DNA from: an uncultured Collinsella sp. | GTDB lineage: Bacteria > Actinomycetota > Coriobacteriia > Coriobacteriales > Coriobacteriaceae | DNA: 64,000 bases | Assembly (NCBI GenBank): GCA_958352845.1 | Contig: CATWQC010000010.1 | Location: 39-64,038, forward strand | Reading direction: 5' to 3' | Part shown: positions 28,274 through 38,463 of the stretch, piece after piece | Layout: every line of letters starts with the position of its first letter | How positions within the stretch are numbered: position 1 is the first letter of the stretch | Made by a program: the position numbers and the translations under genes | Notes under the pieces: generated by a model | Databases searched by the model: none | What the model was told of the DNA's origin: nothing | Seen by the model: only the letters and a program-made list of their open reading frames with translations

Positions 28274-29254
28274 ATGAAGGACATCACCATCAGTCGCAGG
28301 AGCCTTCTGGTCTCCGCCGGCCTGCTCGCGCTCGCCCCGCTCGCCGGATGCGGCGGCAACTCTGGTTCCGGCTCTGCTGCCGCCGGTTCCGACTACACCA
28401 TCGGCGTTCTGCAACTCACCGAGCATTCCGCACTCGATGCCGCCAACGACGGCTTTGTCAAGGCCATCAAGAAGAGCGGCCTTAAGGTCAAGATCGACCA
28501 GAAGAACGCCCAGAACGACCAGTCCACGTGTAAGTCCATTGCCGACAAGTTTGTGGGCGACAACGTCAACCTGATTTATGCCATCGCCACGCCCGCCGCG
28601 CAGGCTGCCGCCGGCGCCACGGCCGATATCCCCATCGTGGGCTGCGCCATCACCGACTACGCCGCCTCCGGCCTGGTCCAGGACAACGACAAGCCCGGCA
28701 CCAACGTCACGGGCGCTTCCGACCTCACCCCGGTCGCCGAGCAGCTCGAGATGATGCAGAAGGTCCTGCCCGACGTTAAAAAGGTCGGCCTGCTCTACTG
28801 CACCGCCGAGTCCAACTCCGACGTCCAGATCAAGGCCGCCAAGAAGGAGCTCGACAAGCTGGGCCTCGAGTACACTGACTTCACCGTCTCGAGCTCCAAC
28901 GAGATTCAGTCCGTCGTCGAGTCTGCCGTGGGCAAGGTCGACGCGCTGTACTCCCCCACCGACAACACCATCGCCGCGGGTGCCTCGCAGGTCGGCCAGA
29001 TCTGCAAGGAAAACAAGCTTCCCTTCGTGACTGGCGAGGAGGGTATGTGCATGGCCGGCGGCCTGTTCACCCTCTCCATCAACTATGAGGACCTGGGCTA
29101 CGCCGCGGGCGAGATGGCCGTTAAGATCCTGAAGGGCGAGGCCAAGCCCGAGGATATGCCGATCAAGCACCTCTCGAGCAAGGACCTGGTCGTCGTCAAG
29201 AACGACGAAATGGCCGAGGCCCTGGGCATCGACCTTTCCGCCCTGGACGCGTAA
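28274..29254 (+). CDS. ABC transporter substrate-binding lipoprotein (TrpX-like)
   Basis: RR signal plus lipobox LAGC; IGVLQLTEHSALDAANDGF. Confidence 0.88.
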   Translation: MKDITISRRSLLVSAGLLALAPLAGCGGNSGSGSAAAGSDYTIGVLQLTEHSALDAANDGFVKAIKKSGLKVKIDQKNAQNDQSTCKSIADKFVGDNVNLIYAIATPAAQAAAGATADIPIVGCAITDYAASGLVQDNDKPGTNVTGASDLTPVAEQLEMMQKVLPDVKKVGLLYCTAESNSDVQIKAAKKELDKLGLEYTDFTVSSSNEIQSVVESAVGKVDALYSPTDNTIAAGASQVGQICKENKLPFVTGEEGMCMAGGLFTLSINYEDLGYAAGEMAVKILKGEAKPEDMPIKHLSSKDLVVVKNDEMAEALGIDLSALDA

Positions 29255-29457
29255 TGCCATACGCGGCATGCGTCTAGAGCCCGTGCTCGCGCTTTAGCCG
29301 CGTTATTCAATATCTGAGCCACAGGGGCGGGCGCTGTAGACCGGCGTCCGCCCTGCTTGTTTCAGGTAAAACAAAACGTCTGTCCGTAACTCTTCTATGC
29401 ATTGTTACCGCTATTATGGTGAATCACGTGTCCACCCTATCCTAGGAGGTATGAAGC

Positions 29458-30381
29458 ATGCTCATTGCATTGCAGGGCGCCGTTTCGCAGGGCGTCCTCT
29501 GGGGCATTATGGTGCTTGGCGTGTTTATCACGTTCCGCCTGCTCGACATTCCCGATATGACCTGCGACGGCAGCTTTGCCCTCGGCGGCTGCGTCTGCGC
29601 TGTGCTCATCGTCAATAACAACGTCGACCCGCTGCTCGCCGTGCTGGCCGGCATGTGCGCCGGCGCCATCGCGGGCGCCGTCACGGGCATTTTGACCACC
29701 GTCTTCGAGATTCCCGCGATCCTCGCCGGAATCCTCACCCAGATCAGCCTGTGGTCCATCAACCTGCGCATCATGGGCAAGTCCAATACGCCCATTCTTG
29801 CCAAGGGCACCGTGTTCTCGGCCGTCAGCAATATGACCGGTCTGCCGCAGTCCACCGTTGCCATCATCTTGGGCATCCTGCTCGCCGTGGCTATCGTTGC
29901 CATCCTGTATTGGTTCTTTGGCACCGAGATCGGCTCGGCGCTGCGCGCCACCGGCAACAACGAGTACATGATCCGCGCTCTGGGCGTCAACACCAACTCC
30001 ACCAAGATGATCGCTCTCGTGCTCTCCAACGCCCTCATCGGCCTTTCGGGCGCGCTCATCTGCCAGAGCCAAAAGTATGCCGACATTGGTATGGGCACCG
30101 GCGCCATCGTTATCGGTCTTGCCGCCATTGTTATCGGTGAGGTGCTCGGCCGTCTGCTGCCCGGCGGCCTCACGCAGTTTAGCGTCCGTCTGGCCTCCGC
30201 CGTCTTTGGCTCCGTGGTGTACTTCCTTATCCGCGCCATCGTGCTGCAGTTGGGCATGGACGCCAACGACATGAAGTTGCTCTCCGCCGTGATTGTCGCC
30301 GTGGCCCTGTGCGTGCCCGTGGTTTGGGAGCGCTATAAGCTCCGCAGCTCCTACACGAAGGGGGATGAGGCAGATGCTTAA
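29458..30381 (+). CDS. ABC transporter permease
   Basis: FRLLDIPDMTCDGSFALGG, LRATGNN; multiple TM segments. Confidence 0.9.
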   Translation: MLIALQGAVSQGVLWGIMVLGVFITFRLLDIPDMTCDGSFALGGCVCAVLIVNNNVDPLLAVLAGMCAGAIAGAVTGILTTVFEIPAILAGILTQISLWSINLRIMGKSNTPILAKGTVFSAVSNMTGLPQSTVAIILGILLAVAIVAILYWFFGTEIGSALRATGNNEYMIRALGVNTNSTKMIALVLSNALIGLSGALICQSQKYADIGMGTGAIVIGLAAIVIGEVLGRLLPGGLTQFSVRLASAVFGSVVYFLIRAIVLQLGMDANDMKLLSAVIVAVALCVPVVWERYKLRSSYTKGDEADA

Positions 30382-31168
30382 GCTCTCGCACGTCAAAAAG
30401 ACCTTTAACAAGGGCACTGTCACCGAGAAGCGCGCGCTCACCGGCGTCGACCTCACCCTTAACGACGGCGACTTTGTAACCGTGATTGGCGGCAACGGCG
30501 CCGGCAAGTCCACGCTGCTCAACATGATCGCCGGCGTGTATCCGCTCGATTCGGGTATTATCGAGCTCGACGGCACCGACATCTCGCGTCTGAGCGAGTC
30601 GCAGCGCGCCAAGTACCTGGGCCGTGTGTTCCAGGACCCCATGCGCGGCACCGCAGCCGACATGCAGATCGCCGAGAACCTGGCCCTCGCCAAGCGCCGT
30701 GGCCAGCATCGCGGCCTTTCATGGGGTGTCACCAAGGCCGAGAAGGATGAGTACGTTGAGCTGCTCAAGCGCCTGGACCTTGGCCTGGATACACGTCTCA
30801 ACGCTAAGGTCGGCCTGCTCTCGGGCGGCCAGCGCCAGGCACTCACCCTGCTGATGGCCACGCTCACCAAGCCGCGCCTGCTGCTGCTCGACGAGCACAC
30901 GGCGGCCCTCGACCCCAAGACGGCATCGAAGGTGCTCAACCTGACCGAGGAGATCGTCGACGAGAACCACCTGACCACGCTCATGGTCACGCACAACATG
31001 AACGACGCCATACGTCTGGGCAATCGCCTGATCATGATGCACGAGGGCCACGTGATCTACGACGTGGCGGGCGATGAGAAGAAGTCGCTCACCGTCGCCG
31101 ACCTACTGCAGAAGTTTGAAGAGGTCTCGGGCGGCGAGCTCGCCAACGACCGCATGCTGCTAAGCTAA
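30374..31168 (+). CDS. ABC transporter ATP-binding protein
   Basis: GGNGAGKST, LSGGQRQ, LLLDEHT. Confidence 0.93.
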   Translation: MLKLSHVKKTFNKGTVTEKRALTGVDLTLNDGDFVTVIGGNGAGKSTLLNMIAGVYPLDSGIIELDGTDISRLSESQRAKYLGRVFQDPMRGTAADMQIAENLALAKRRGQHRGLSWGVTKAEKDEYVELLKRLDLGLDTRLNAKVGLLSGGQRQALTLLMATLTKPRLLLLDEHTAALDPKTASKVLNLTEEIVDENHLTTLMVTHNMNDAIRLGNRLIMMHEGHVIYDVAGDEKKSLTVADLLQKFEEVSGGELANDRMLLS

Positions 31169-31262
31169 AACCTGCCAAAAAGGGACAGGTTTATTTTGGC
31201 AGGTTTTATCTGCGCAAACGTCAAAACCGCCGCAAAGGGACAGACGCCCTTGCGGCGGTTTT
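31168..31262 (+). repeat. Two tandem GGGACAG-loop hairpins
   Basis: CCTGCCAAAAAGGGACAGGTTTATTTTGGCAGG and AAAACCGCCGCAAAGGGACAGACGCCCTTGCGGCGGTTTT. Confidence 0.8.
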
Positions 31263-31326
31263 CGCATATTATGTCGATAATCCGATATTCAACCAGACAT
31301 TCTGGCTAAGGACTAAGGAAACTGCC

Positions 31327-33351
31327 ATGAAAAGACTCCCCCGCCTTGCGTTAGCCGCCGCGTTGTTTGCCGGCGCGCTCGCAGGCATCCCAAGCCTCGC
31401 TTTCGCGGGGAACCTGCCCGCCGCTATTGACGGCTCCGTGGCCGTCATGCACACCAACGACATCCACGGCAGCTACAAGTACAGCTACAACGAAAGCAAG
31501 GGCACTGGCACTGTGGGCTTTGACGGACTGGCGGTTCTCTATAGCGCCCAGGGCAACGCCCCCGATCTTTTGCTCGATGCGGGCGACACCTTCCACGGAC
31601 AGTCCTTCGCCACCATGAGTGAGGGCAAGAGCATCGCCGAGCTCATGGACACCTTCTATGCCGACGGCTACGACGCGACCACGCCAGGTAACCACGACTG
31701 GAGCTACGGCGCGGACAAACTCCGCACCATGACCAGCTACAGCACCACTGGCACGCCCTTCGCCATGCTCTGCGCGAACGCAAAGTCTACGAGCGGCGTA
31801 TGGAGCTCGAGCATCACGAAGACGCTCGATCGCACCTGGGAGGATAGCGAAGATCACTCCACATTCGACTACAAAATCAAGGTCGGCGTCGTGGGCGCCA
31901 TGGATGAGTCGCTGGGATCCTCGCTGCGCGCGGACCTGGTCGCGGGTACGTCGTTCTCGGGTGCCGCGAACGCCATCAATGCCGAGGCAGAGCAGCTGCG
32001 CAAGGAGGGCTGCGATGTTGTTGTGTGTATCGCGCACACGCTCGACGCCAAGACCTTTGCCACGCGACTCCGTGGCGTCGATGCCCTTATCGCAGGCCAC
32101 GAGCACATCAACCTTAACGAGAAGGTGACGGGAGCCGACGGCAAGACAATCCACGTTGTCGAGGCGGGCAGTGCCTTTGCCGAGGTGGGACTGCTTTCCA
32201 TTCCGTACAAATACGACACGAATGGCACCGAGACGACCGACGATGACACGGTCACGGTCCCTGCAGACGACAGCAACGAGAAGCTCTACACCGCCAAGAA
32301 CGTCAACGACCTTTTGGCAGACCCCGACAAGGGCTCCGACTACCAAAGCCGCCTTGAAGCCGTCCGCAACAAGATCAAGCCGCTCGACGAGGACTTTGAA
32401 AACGAATCGAACAAGGTGCTCGGCACATCCACCACCAACTATTTCTACGGCGAGGACGCCGCAGGCACGCATGGTTGGGAAATGGTGCGCACCACCGATT
32501 TCCGTCCCAGCAAGGAGGGCGACACCACCAAGGCCCAGACCATCGGCCACGTGATTTGCAGCTCCTATCTTGACCTGACGGGCGCGGACCTCGCTATCGA
32601 AAACGCTGGCGGCATCCGCGGCGGCATCGCGGCGGGCAACGTGACCGCCGGCAACGTCATCGCCATCTCGCCCTACGGCAACACCGTGGAGACCTGGGCC
32701 ATGACCGGCGCGGACTTCCTCGCAGCGCTCGAGCACTCGCTACAAATCAGCGACGATTGCAACGACAGCTACGAGCTTCAGCAGGCTTATGTGGCGGCCG
32801 GTCACACCGAGCAGGAGGCGCAAGACAAGTACAAGTGGCGCGATGACTCTGGCAGCGTTCTCTCCTTTGGCGGCATCAACGTGACGATTGATTGGACACA
32901 GCCCGAGGGCAAGCGCATTGTGAGTGCCACACTCACCAAAGACGGCAGCACGCTCGACCCCGCCAAGACCTATACCGTCGCCACCAACAACTACATCATC
33001 ACCAACACGACCGACTTTCCCACCTTTGCACACGCCACCAAGTACACCGAGTGGGGTACCTGCGAGTCAGCGCTAAGGGCGCTGATAGGGCAGAACGGCT
33101 GGGAGAGCAAGATGGCCGGGCTCGCGGGCACCATCAGCTTTGGCTCCGCTGCCGTGGACCCCACGCCCACACCGGCCCCGACGCCTAAGCCCTCGCCTAA
33201 GACGGACACGACGACCACGAAGGTCATCACCAAGAAGACGACCGGTAAGCTTGCCGCAACGGGAGACCGCACGCTGGCAGTAGTTGGCGCGTGCCTTATC
33301 GGCGGCATCATCGTCATCATGCTCGGCATTATCTGGAAGCGTCGACGCTAA
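31327..33351 (+). CDS. Cell-wall-anchored 5'-nucleotidase/metallophosphoesterase
   Basis: Signal peptide; HTNDIHG, DAGD, GNHD, AGHEH; NAGGIR; PT linker, LAATG sortase-like motif, TM, KRRR tail. Confidence 0.9.
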   Translation: MKRLPRLALAAALFAGALAGIPSLAFAGNLPAAIDGSVAVMHTNDIHGSYKYSYNESKGTGTVGFDGLAVLYSAQGNAPDLLLDAGDTFHGQSFATMSEGKSIAELMDTFYADGYDATTPGNHDWSYGADKLRTMTSYSTTGTPFAMLCANAKSTSGVWSSSITKTLDRTWEDSEDHSTFDYKIKVGVVGAMDESLGSSLRADLVAGTSFSGAANAINAEAEQLRKEGCDVVVCIAHTLDAKTFATRLRGVDALIAGHEHINLNEKVTGADGKTIHVVEAGSAFAEVGLLSIPYKYDTNGTETTDDDTVTVPADDSNEKLYTAKNVNDLLADPDKGSDYQSRLEAVRNKIKPLDEDFENESNKVLGTSTTNYFYGEDAAGTHGWEMVRTTDFRPSKEGDTTKAQTIGHVICSSYLDLTGADLAIENAGGIRGGIAAGNVTAGNVIAISPYGNTVETWAMTGADFLAALEHSLQISDDCNDSYELQQAYVAAGHTEQEAQDKYKWRDDSGSVLSFGGINVTIDWTQPEGKRIVSATLTKDGSTLDPAKTYTVATNNYIITNTTDFPTFAHATKYTEWGTCESALRALIGQNGWESKMAGLAGTISFGSAAVDPTPTPAPTPKPSPKTDTTTTKVITKKTTGKLAATGDRTLAVVGACLIGGIIVIMLGIIWKRRR

Positions 33352-33480
33352 GCTACACCGCCGGGCCTTACAGCCCCGCCGCGTAAACCTTATATCGAGC
33401 ACAGAAGCCCGTCCGAATTTGATCGGACGGGCTTCTTGGTGGGTATCATGGTTGGACGATCATAAGGAGGTTTTCCCTAC

Positions 33481-34248
33481 ATGGATTTGTTTGAGCCGAT
33501 TCTTCATTTCTTTGAGCAACGGTGGGTCCACAACATCATCTGGGCCGTCATCTTGGCGATAGGCACCGCCGTCGCCGCCAAGGTCGTATCCAAGACCCTG
33601 AATCATCTGCTTAACCGAGACGATAACCCGCTTCCGGCATCGAGTATCTTCATCAACATCGCGCGCGCCGTCATTTGGATGATCGGCGGCAGCTTTATCC
33701 TCGACAACTGCTTTGGCATTAACGCAAACGCGCTCGTCGCCGCTCTTGGCGTCGGCGGCATCGCCATCTCGCTCGGCTTTCAGGACACGCTGTCAAACCT
33801 TATCGGCGGCATGCAAGTGACCTTTATGGGCATCATCAAACCCGGCGACAATATCGAGGTCGGCGGCGTATCCGGCGTGGTCCAAGACATCACTTGGCGT
33901 CATACAACGATTGAGGATGCCTGTGGACAGACCATCATTGTGCCCAACTCCAACATCTCCAAGAACACGCTCGTGCATTTGATGCCCTTTGGACGCGTGG
34001 CCGTGCCCGTTGCCGTAAAGGACACGTCTAAGTGGGCTTCCCTTGACGTGCTGGCAGACGAGCTGACCAGCGCCACCAAGGCCGCCGTGCTTCCCATCTC
34101 GGGCTTTGACAAGGAGCCGTATGTGCTCTTTAGCGAGATCGGCGACTTTGGCATTAAGGGCAAGATCATCTTTATCGTCAGCGACGACAGCACCACTTTC
34201 ACCGCTACCGACGTCTGCATCCGCGCCATCGCCCCCATCATTGCCTAA
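33481..34248 (+). CDS. MscS mechanosensitive channel family protein
   Basis: LGVGGIAISLGFQDTLSNLIGG, PGDNI, IIVPNS. Confidence 0.92.
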   Translation: MDLFEPILHFFEQRWVHNIIWAVILAIGTAVAAKVVSKTLNHLLNRDDNPLPASSIFINIARAVIWMIGGSFILDNCFGINANALVAALGVGGIAISLGFQDTLSNLIGGMQVTFMGIIKPGDNIEVGGVSGVVQDITWRHTTIEDACGQTIIVPNSNISKNTLVHLMPFGRVAVPVAVKDTSKWASLDVLADELTSATKAAVLPISGFDKEPYVLFSEIGDFGIKGKIIFIVSDDSTTFTATDVCIRAIAPIIA

Positions 34249-34285
34249 ACCACAACAAAGGGGACAGGCACCTTTGTTGTGGTTT
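34247..34285 (+). repeat. GGGACAG-loop hairpin
   Basis: AAACCACAACAAAG-GGGACAGGCAC-CTTTGTTGTGGTTT, overlapping the mscS stop codon. Confidence 0.75.
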
Positions 34286-34340
34286 TCATTCGTGGTACCA
34301 TGGTTCATATAGTTGTTTAAACGACTAAGGGAGCAACATC

Positions 34341-36257
34341 ATGGAAGAGGCCTACCGTCAAGCACGCAAGCGCGGCGAGCAAGGACGTCGACGCGCCATT
34401 AGTCAAAGCGAGCATCCATACCTCACGGACCTCGATAGCTTGGTTGCCCAGCTCCCCTTAGGCCAGCGAGAGAATGTCGGCCTGAGAGACATTCCGCTCG
34501 AAATGGTCGTCGGTACGGTTACCAAGGGCCGTCAGTCCGCCTTTTCATGCAACTTTATGCCCCTACTGCCGTTTGGCACCGAGTTCGCCCGCAAGTGGTC
34601 CAACCTCTACGACATCCAGGTAACCGAGGGTTATCGCGACCCCATCATCGTCACCGAGTTCATGCATCGGTTCTATGTCCAGGAAGGCAACAAACGCGTC
34701 AGTGTCCTCAAATTCCTGGACGCCCCGACGGTTTCGGCCAAGGTCACCCGTCTCTACCCCGGCACATGGGATTCCGTCGAAAGCCGCCTGTACGGCGAGT
34801 TCTGCGCGTTTTGGCGCGTCTGCCCCCTATACGAGATCGAGTTCTCGCGTGAGGGAAGCTACGAGACGCTCGCCAAGATGCTCGGTCAGAACCTTATCGA
34901 AAAATGGCCGCAGAAAAAGGTCGACTACCTGCGCCACACCTTTCTGCTCTTTAAGCGCGCCTACCTTCGCGCAGGCGGCGACCACCTGGACATTACGCCC
35001 GCCGACGCCATGCTCGTCTACCTCAATGTGTACAACCAGGACCGCCTGCTGGATACGCCGACGGATATAGTCGTAAACCGCCTGTGCAAGATCTGGCGCG
35101 AGCTGGTTATTGCCGGCAAAAATGACGAGGACAAGGTCGATCTTGTCGAAGCACCGAGCGTCGACGAGGAAAAGGCGCCCGCCAAGTCCACCTCCGGCGT
35201 GCTCAACTTCTTTATGGGCAAGACCGTCTATTCGGCGGCCAACCCCCTGCGCATCGCCTTTATCCATGAGTTCCCCTGTGCGACGTCGAGCTGGGACAGC
35301 CTGCACGACCAAGGGCGTCAGTATCTCGATGAGCACTTTGACGGTATCGTGCGCACCGAGGCGTTCGAGGACTGTCACGATCCGGACATGTTCTACGCCG
35401 CCGTGGAAACGGCTGTCAAACATGGAGACAACGTCATCTTCTCGACCTCGCACCGCCTGATGGAATACACGCTCAGGGCTGCCGTTGAGTATCCCCGGGT
35501 TCGGTTCCTCAACTGCTCTATCGGCCTTCCCCATCAAAGCGTCCGTTCGTACTTTGGCAAGATGTACGAGGCCAAGTTCCTCCTGGGCGCCCTTGCCGCC
35601 AGCATGGCGGACAACCACCGCATCGGCTACCACGCGTCGGTCTTCGCCTCGGGCGCACTCAGCGAGATCAACGCCTTTGCGATTGGCGCCTCGCTGCTCG
35701 ACCCGCGCGCGCAGGTCATCCTCACCTGGGGCGATGTTCCCGCCGGTGGTCTTGCCGAAGCCATGTGCCGCGAAAGCGTAAGCGTCATGACCGGCGCTGA
35801 CATGTCGAAGTCGCTCGAAGACCCAACGGCCTACGGGCTTCACCGCTTGGTCGACGGCAAAGTCACCGGCATCGCCATGCCCGTATGGAACTGGGGCCGT
35901 TACTACGAGCTCATCGTTCGCAGCCTTCTGCACGGCACGTGGGACGAGACCAGCGACGACAACCAAGTGCGTGCCGTCAACTACTGGTACGGCATGAGCT
36001 CCGGCGTTATCGACATCCGTTACGCTCCGGGCCTACCCTACCAGACGCGCAAACTCGTGCAGTTGCTCCGCAACGGCATTGTTGAGGGATCCATCAACCC
36101 CTTTGGCGGCGAGCTCCATAGCCAGAACGGCGTGGTACAGATCGAAGGCTTCCCTCCGCTGCCGAGCACGCAGATTGTCGAGATGGATTGGCTGGCGGAC
36201 AACGTGGTAGGCACCATTCCGCAGCTCGACGATGAGCCGAAAGTCCCTGCCCTATGA
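34341..36257 (+). CDS. ParB/Srx-like domain fused to a BMP (PnrA-like) ligand-binding domain; no signal peptide
   Basis: N-terminal DIPLEMVVGT...DPIIV...FYVQEGNKRVSV; C-terminal WDSLHDQGR...INAFAIGA...WNWG...YWYGM. Confidence 0.75.
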   Translation: MEEAYRQARKRGEQGRRRAISQSEHPYLTDLDSLVAQLPLGQRENVGLRDIPLEMVVGTVTKGRQSAFSCNFMPLLPFGTEFARKWSNLYDIQVTEGYRDPIIVTEFMHRFYVQEGNKRVSVLKFLDAPTVSAKVTRLYPGTWDSVESRLYGEFCAFWRVCPLYEIEFSREGSYETLAKMLGQNLIEKWPQKKVDYLRHTFLLFKRAYLRAGGDHLDITPADAMLVYLNVYNQDRLLDTPTDIVVNRLCKIWRELVIAGKNDEDKVDLVEAPSVDEEKAPAKSTSGVLNFFMGKTVYSAANPLRIAFIHEFPCATSSWDSLHDQGRQYLDEHFDGIVRTEAFEDCHDPDMFYAAVETAVKHGDNVIFSTSHRLMEYTLRAAVEYPRVRFLNCSIGLPHQSVRSYFGKMYEAKFLLGALAASMADNHRIGYHASVFASGALSEINAFAIGASLLDPRAQVILTWGDVPAGGLAEAMCRESVSVMTGADMSKSLEDPTAYGLHRLVDGKVTGIAMPVWNWGRYYELIVRSLLHGTWDETSDDNQVRAVNYWYGMSSGVIDIRYAPGLPYQTRKLVQLLRNGIVEGSINPFGGELHSQNGVVQIEGFPPLPSTQIVEMDWLADNVVGTIPQLDDEPKVPAL

Positions 36258-36964
36258 AAATCCTTGCCATAGCCGATACCGAAGAACGATGCCTTTGGGA
36301 GTGCTTTCGCAAGGAACGCTTTGAGGGAGTCGACCTGATTTTGTCCGCTGGCGATCTGGACCCGGACTATCTTGAGTTTTTGGTCACGGTCATCAACAAA
36401 CCGCTCATCTACGTGCGCGGCAATCACGATGACCGCTACGCACGTCATGCACCGGGCGGATGTATCTGCGTAGAAGACAGCGTGTACACGTACCGAGGGA
36501 TTCGCATTGCGGGCCTTGGCGGGTCCATGCGTTATCGCGACGGCGCCAACATGTACACCGAACGCGAGATGTCCAAGCGCATGCGTAAGCTGTCACGTAA
36601 GGTTAGGATGGTCGGCGGGTGCGACATTCTGCTTACCCATGCACCCGCCGCCGGTATGGGTGATCTGGACGATCTGCCGCATCGAGGATTCGAGTGCTTT
36701 AACACAGCACTCGAATCCTGGAATCCCGACTACATGGTGCACGGGCATGTGCACCAAAGCTACGGTTGCGATTTTCAGCGCGAGCGTCAGCATGTGTGTG
36801 GAACGACGATCATCAACGCCTGCGGCTATACACAGTTTGAGCTCGACCAGACGCGCTACCCCATCCGTGGCTGGCAGGCAGCCTGGCTCAATTCGCAAAC
36901 CATGCGCCGGGAGCTCAAACGCCACGAGGCAATCGAGTCCTCAACCGCAAGAACACCCTGGTAA
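36254..36964 (+). CDS. Metallophosphoesterase (calcineurin-like)
   Basis: D, AGDL, GNHD, THAPA, HGHVH motifs; ATGA overlap with the upstream gene. Confidence 0.9.
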   Translation: MKILAIADTEERCLWECFRKERFEGVDLILSAGDLDPDYLEFLVTVINKPLIYVRGNHDDRYARHAPGGCICVEDSVYTYRGIRIAGLGGSMRYRDGANMYTEREMSKRMRKLSRKVRMVGGCDILLTHAPAAGMGDLDDLPHRGFECFNTALESWNPDYMVHGHVHQSYGCDFQRERQHVCGTTIINACGYTQFELDQTRYPIRGWQAAWLNSQTMRRELKRHEAIESSTARTPW

Positions 36965-37001
36965 CCACCTCAAAGGGGACACTGTCCCCTTTGAGGTGGT
37001 T
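36963..37001. repeat. GGGAC-type hairpin at a stop codon
   Basis: AACCACCTCAAAGGGGAC-ACT-GTCCCCTTTGAGGTGGTT. Confidence 0.7.
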
Positions 37002-37013
37002 TTGACGCGATAG

Positions 37014-37054
37014 CAAGAAACCCGGTCCTGCGCAAGGCAGAACCGGGTTTCTTT
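37014..37054. terminator. Terminator between the convergent phosphoesterase gene and rplA
   Basis: AAGAAACCCGGT...ACCGGGTTTCTT. Confidence 0.7.
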
Positions 37055-37089
37055 AGCAATGCTTGCTTTGCTCAAGCAGTAACTAGCAG

Positions 37090-37797
37090 TTACTCAGCCA
37101 GGAAGTCACGCTGGACAGCGGGATCGACCTTGACGCCAGGGCCCATGGTGGAAGACACGGAGATGGACTTGACGTACTTGCCCTTAGCAGAAGAGGGCTT
37201 GACGCGCAGGATCTCGGTGTACAGGGCAGCGTAGTTCTCGACGAGCTGCTGCTCAGAGAAGGACTTCTTGCCCAGGGGCACGTGGCAGATGCCGTAGCGG
37301 TCGGCGCGGTACTCAACGCGGCCAGCCTTGAGCTCGGAGACCATCTTGGCGACGTCCATGGTCACAGTGCCGAGCTTGGGGTTCGGCATGAGGCCACGGG
37401 GACCAAGGATCTTACCGATGCGGCCAACCTTGGCCATCATGTTCGGCGTAGCGATAGCGGCGTCGAAGTTGATCTCGCCCTTCTGAATCTGGGCGACGAG
37501 CTCGTCGGAACCGATGATGTCGGCGCCGGCAGCCTCAGCCTCGCGGGCCTTCTCGCCCTCGGCGAAGACGGCAACACGAACGGTCTTGCCGGTGCCGTGG
37601 GGCAGGGAGATGGAACCACGGATGTTCTGGTCAGCCTTACGAGTATCGATGCCCAGACGGAAGTGGGCCTCGACGGTCTCGTCGAACTTGGCGGTGTCGA
37701 GCTCCTTGATGAGCTTGGCAGCCTGAAGGGGGGTGTAGAGCGTGGCGCGGTCGATCTTCTCGGCAGCGGCGTTATAGCTCTTACCATGCTTAGCCAT
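37090..37797 (-). CDS. rplA: 50S ribosomal protein L1
   Basis: [29 protein letters not shown]. Confidence 0.98.
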   Translation of the reverse strand: MAKHGKSYNAAAEKIDRATLYTPLQAAKLIKELDTAKFDETVEAHFRLGIDTRKADQNIRGSISLPHGTGKTVRVAVFAEGEKAREAEAAGADIIGSDELVAQIQKGEINFDAAIATPNMMAKVGRIGKILGPRGLMPNPKLGTVTMDVAKMVSELKAGRVEYRADRYGICHVPLGKKSFSEQQLVENYAALYTEILRVKPSSAKGKYVKSISVSSTMGPGVKVDPAVQRDFLAE

Positions 37798-37810
37798 GTG
37801 CATTACCTCC

Positions 37811-37840
37811 TGTGGTTAAACGGGCGTGAGCCCTCCCACA
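37811..37840 (-). promoter_or_regulatory. Putative L1 autogenous binding site
   Basis: TGTGG-GAG-GGC..GCC-CGTTTAA-CCACA hairpin abutting the rplA SD, like known L1 mRNA sites. Confidence 0.55.
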
Positions 37841-37914
37841 TCGTATCGTGTGCCCTATTGCACACATTTAACGGGCACCCCGGTCGGAGCATCCGTTGTT
37901 ACCATAAGAAATCG

Positions 37915-38343
37915 CTACTCAGCGATGGTGACACCCATGGAACGGGCGGTACCGGCGATGATCTTCTTGGCGGCGTCAATGTCGTTGGCATTGAGGTCCG
38001 GCATCTTGATCTCGGCGATCTTGGTGAGCTGCTCCTGGGAGAGCTGACCAACCTTGTCGGCCTGGGGCTTAGCGGAACCAGACTTGAGGTTCAGCTCCTT
38101 CTTGATGAGGTGAGCCGCCGGCGGGGTCTTGGTGATGAAGGAGAAGGACTTGTCCTCGTAGACAGAGATCTCAACGGGGATGATATCGCCCTTCTTGTCC
38201 TGCGTCTCGGCGTTAAAGGCCTGGCAGAACTGCATGATGTTCACGCCAGCAGCGCCCAGGGCGGGGCCGACGGGAGGAGCGGGGTTAGCTGCACCAGCAG
38301 GAATCTGGAGCTTAATGACGTTGGCAACCTTCTTCTCAGCCAT
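37915..38343 (-). CDS. rplK: 50S ribosomal protein L11
   Basis: [20 protein letters not shown]...IAGTARSMG. Confidence 0.98.
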   Translation of the reverse strand: MAEKKVANVIKLQIPAGAANPAPPVGPALGAAGVNIMQFCQAFNAETQDKKGDIIPVEISVYEDKSFSFITKTPPAAHLIKKELNLKSGSAKPQADKVGQLSQEQLTKIAEIKMPDLNANDIDAAKKIIAGTARSMGVTIAE

Positions 38344-38463
38344 GGTCATTCCTTTCGAATCACGAGTGTGAAGTACTTGCTATATCGTAAGCACGCACGT
38401 GTTAGAAGCACTCCTGAGATGAGCAATCACAGAAGAAGCACGCTCGCGCGAACGGACGAAAAC

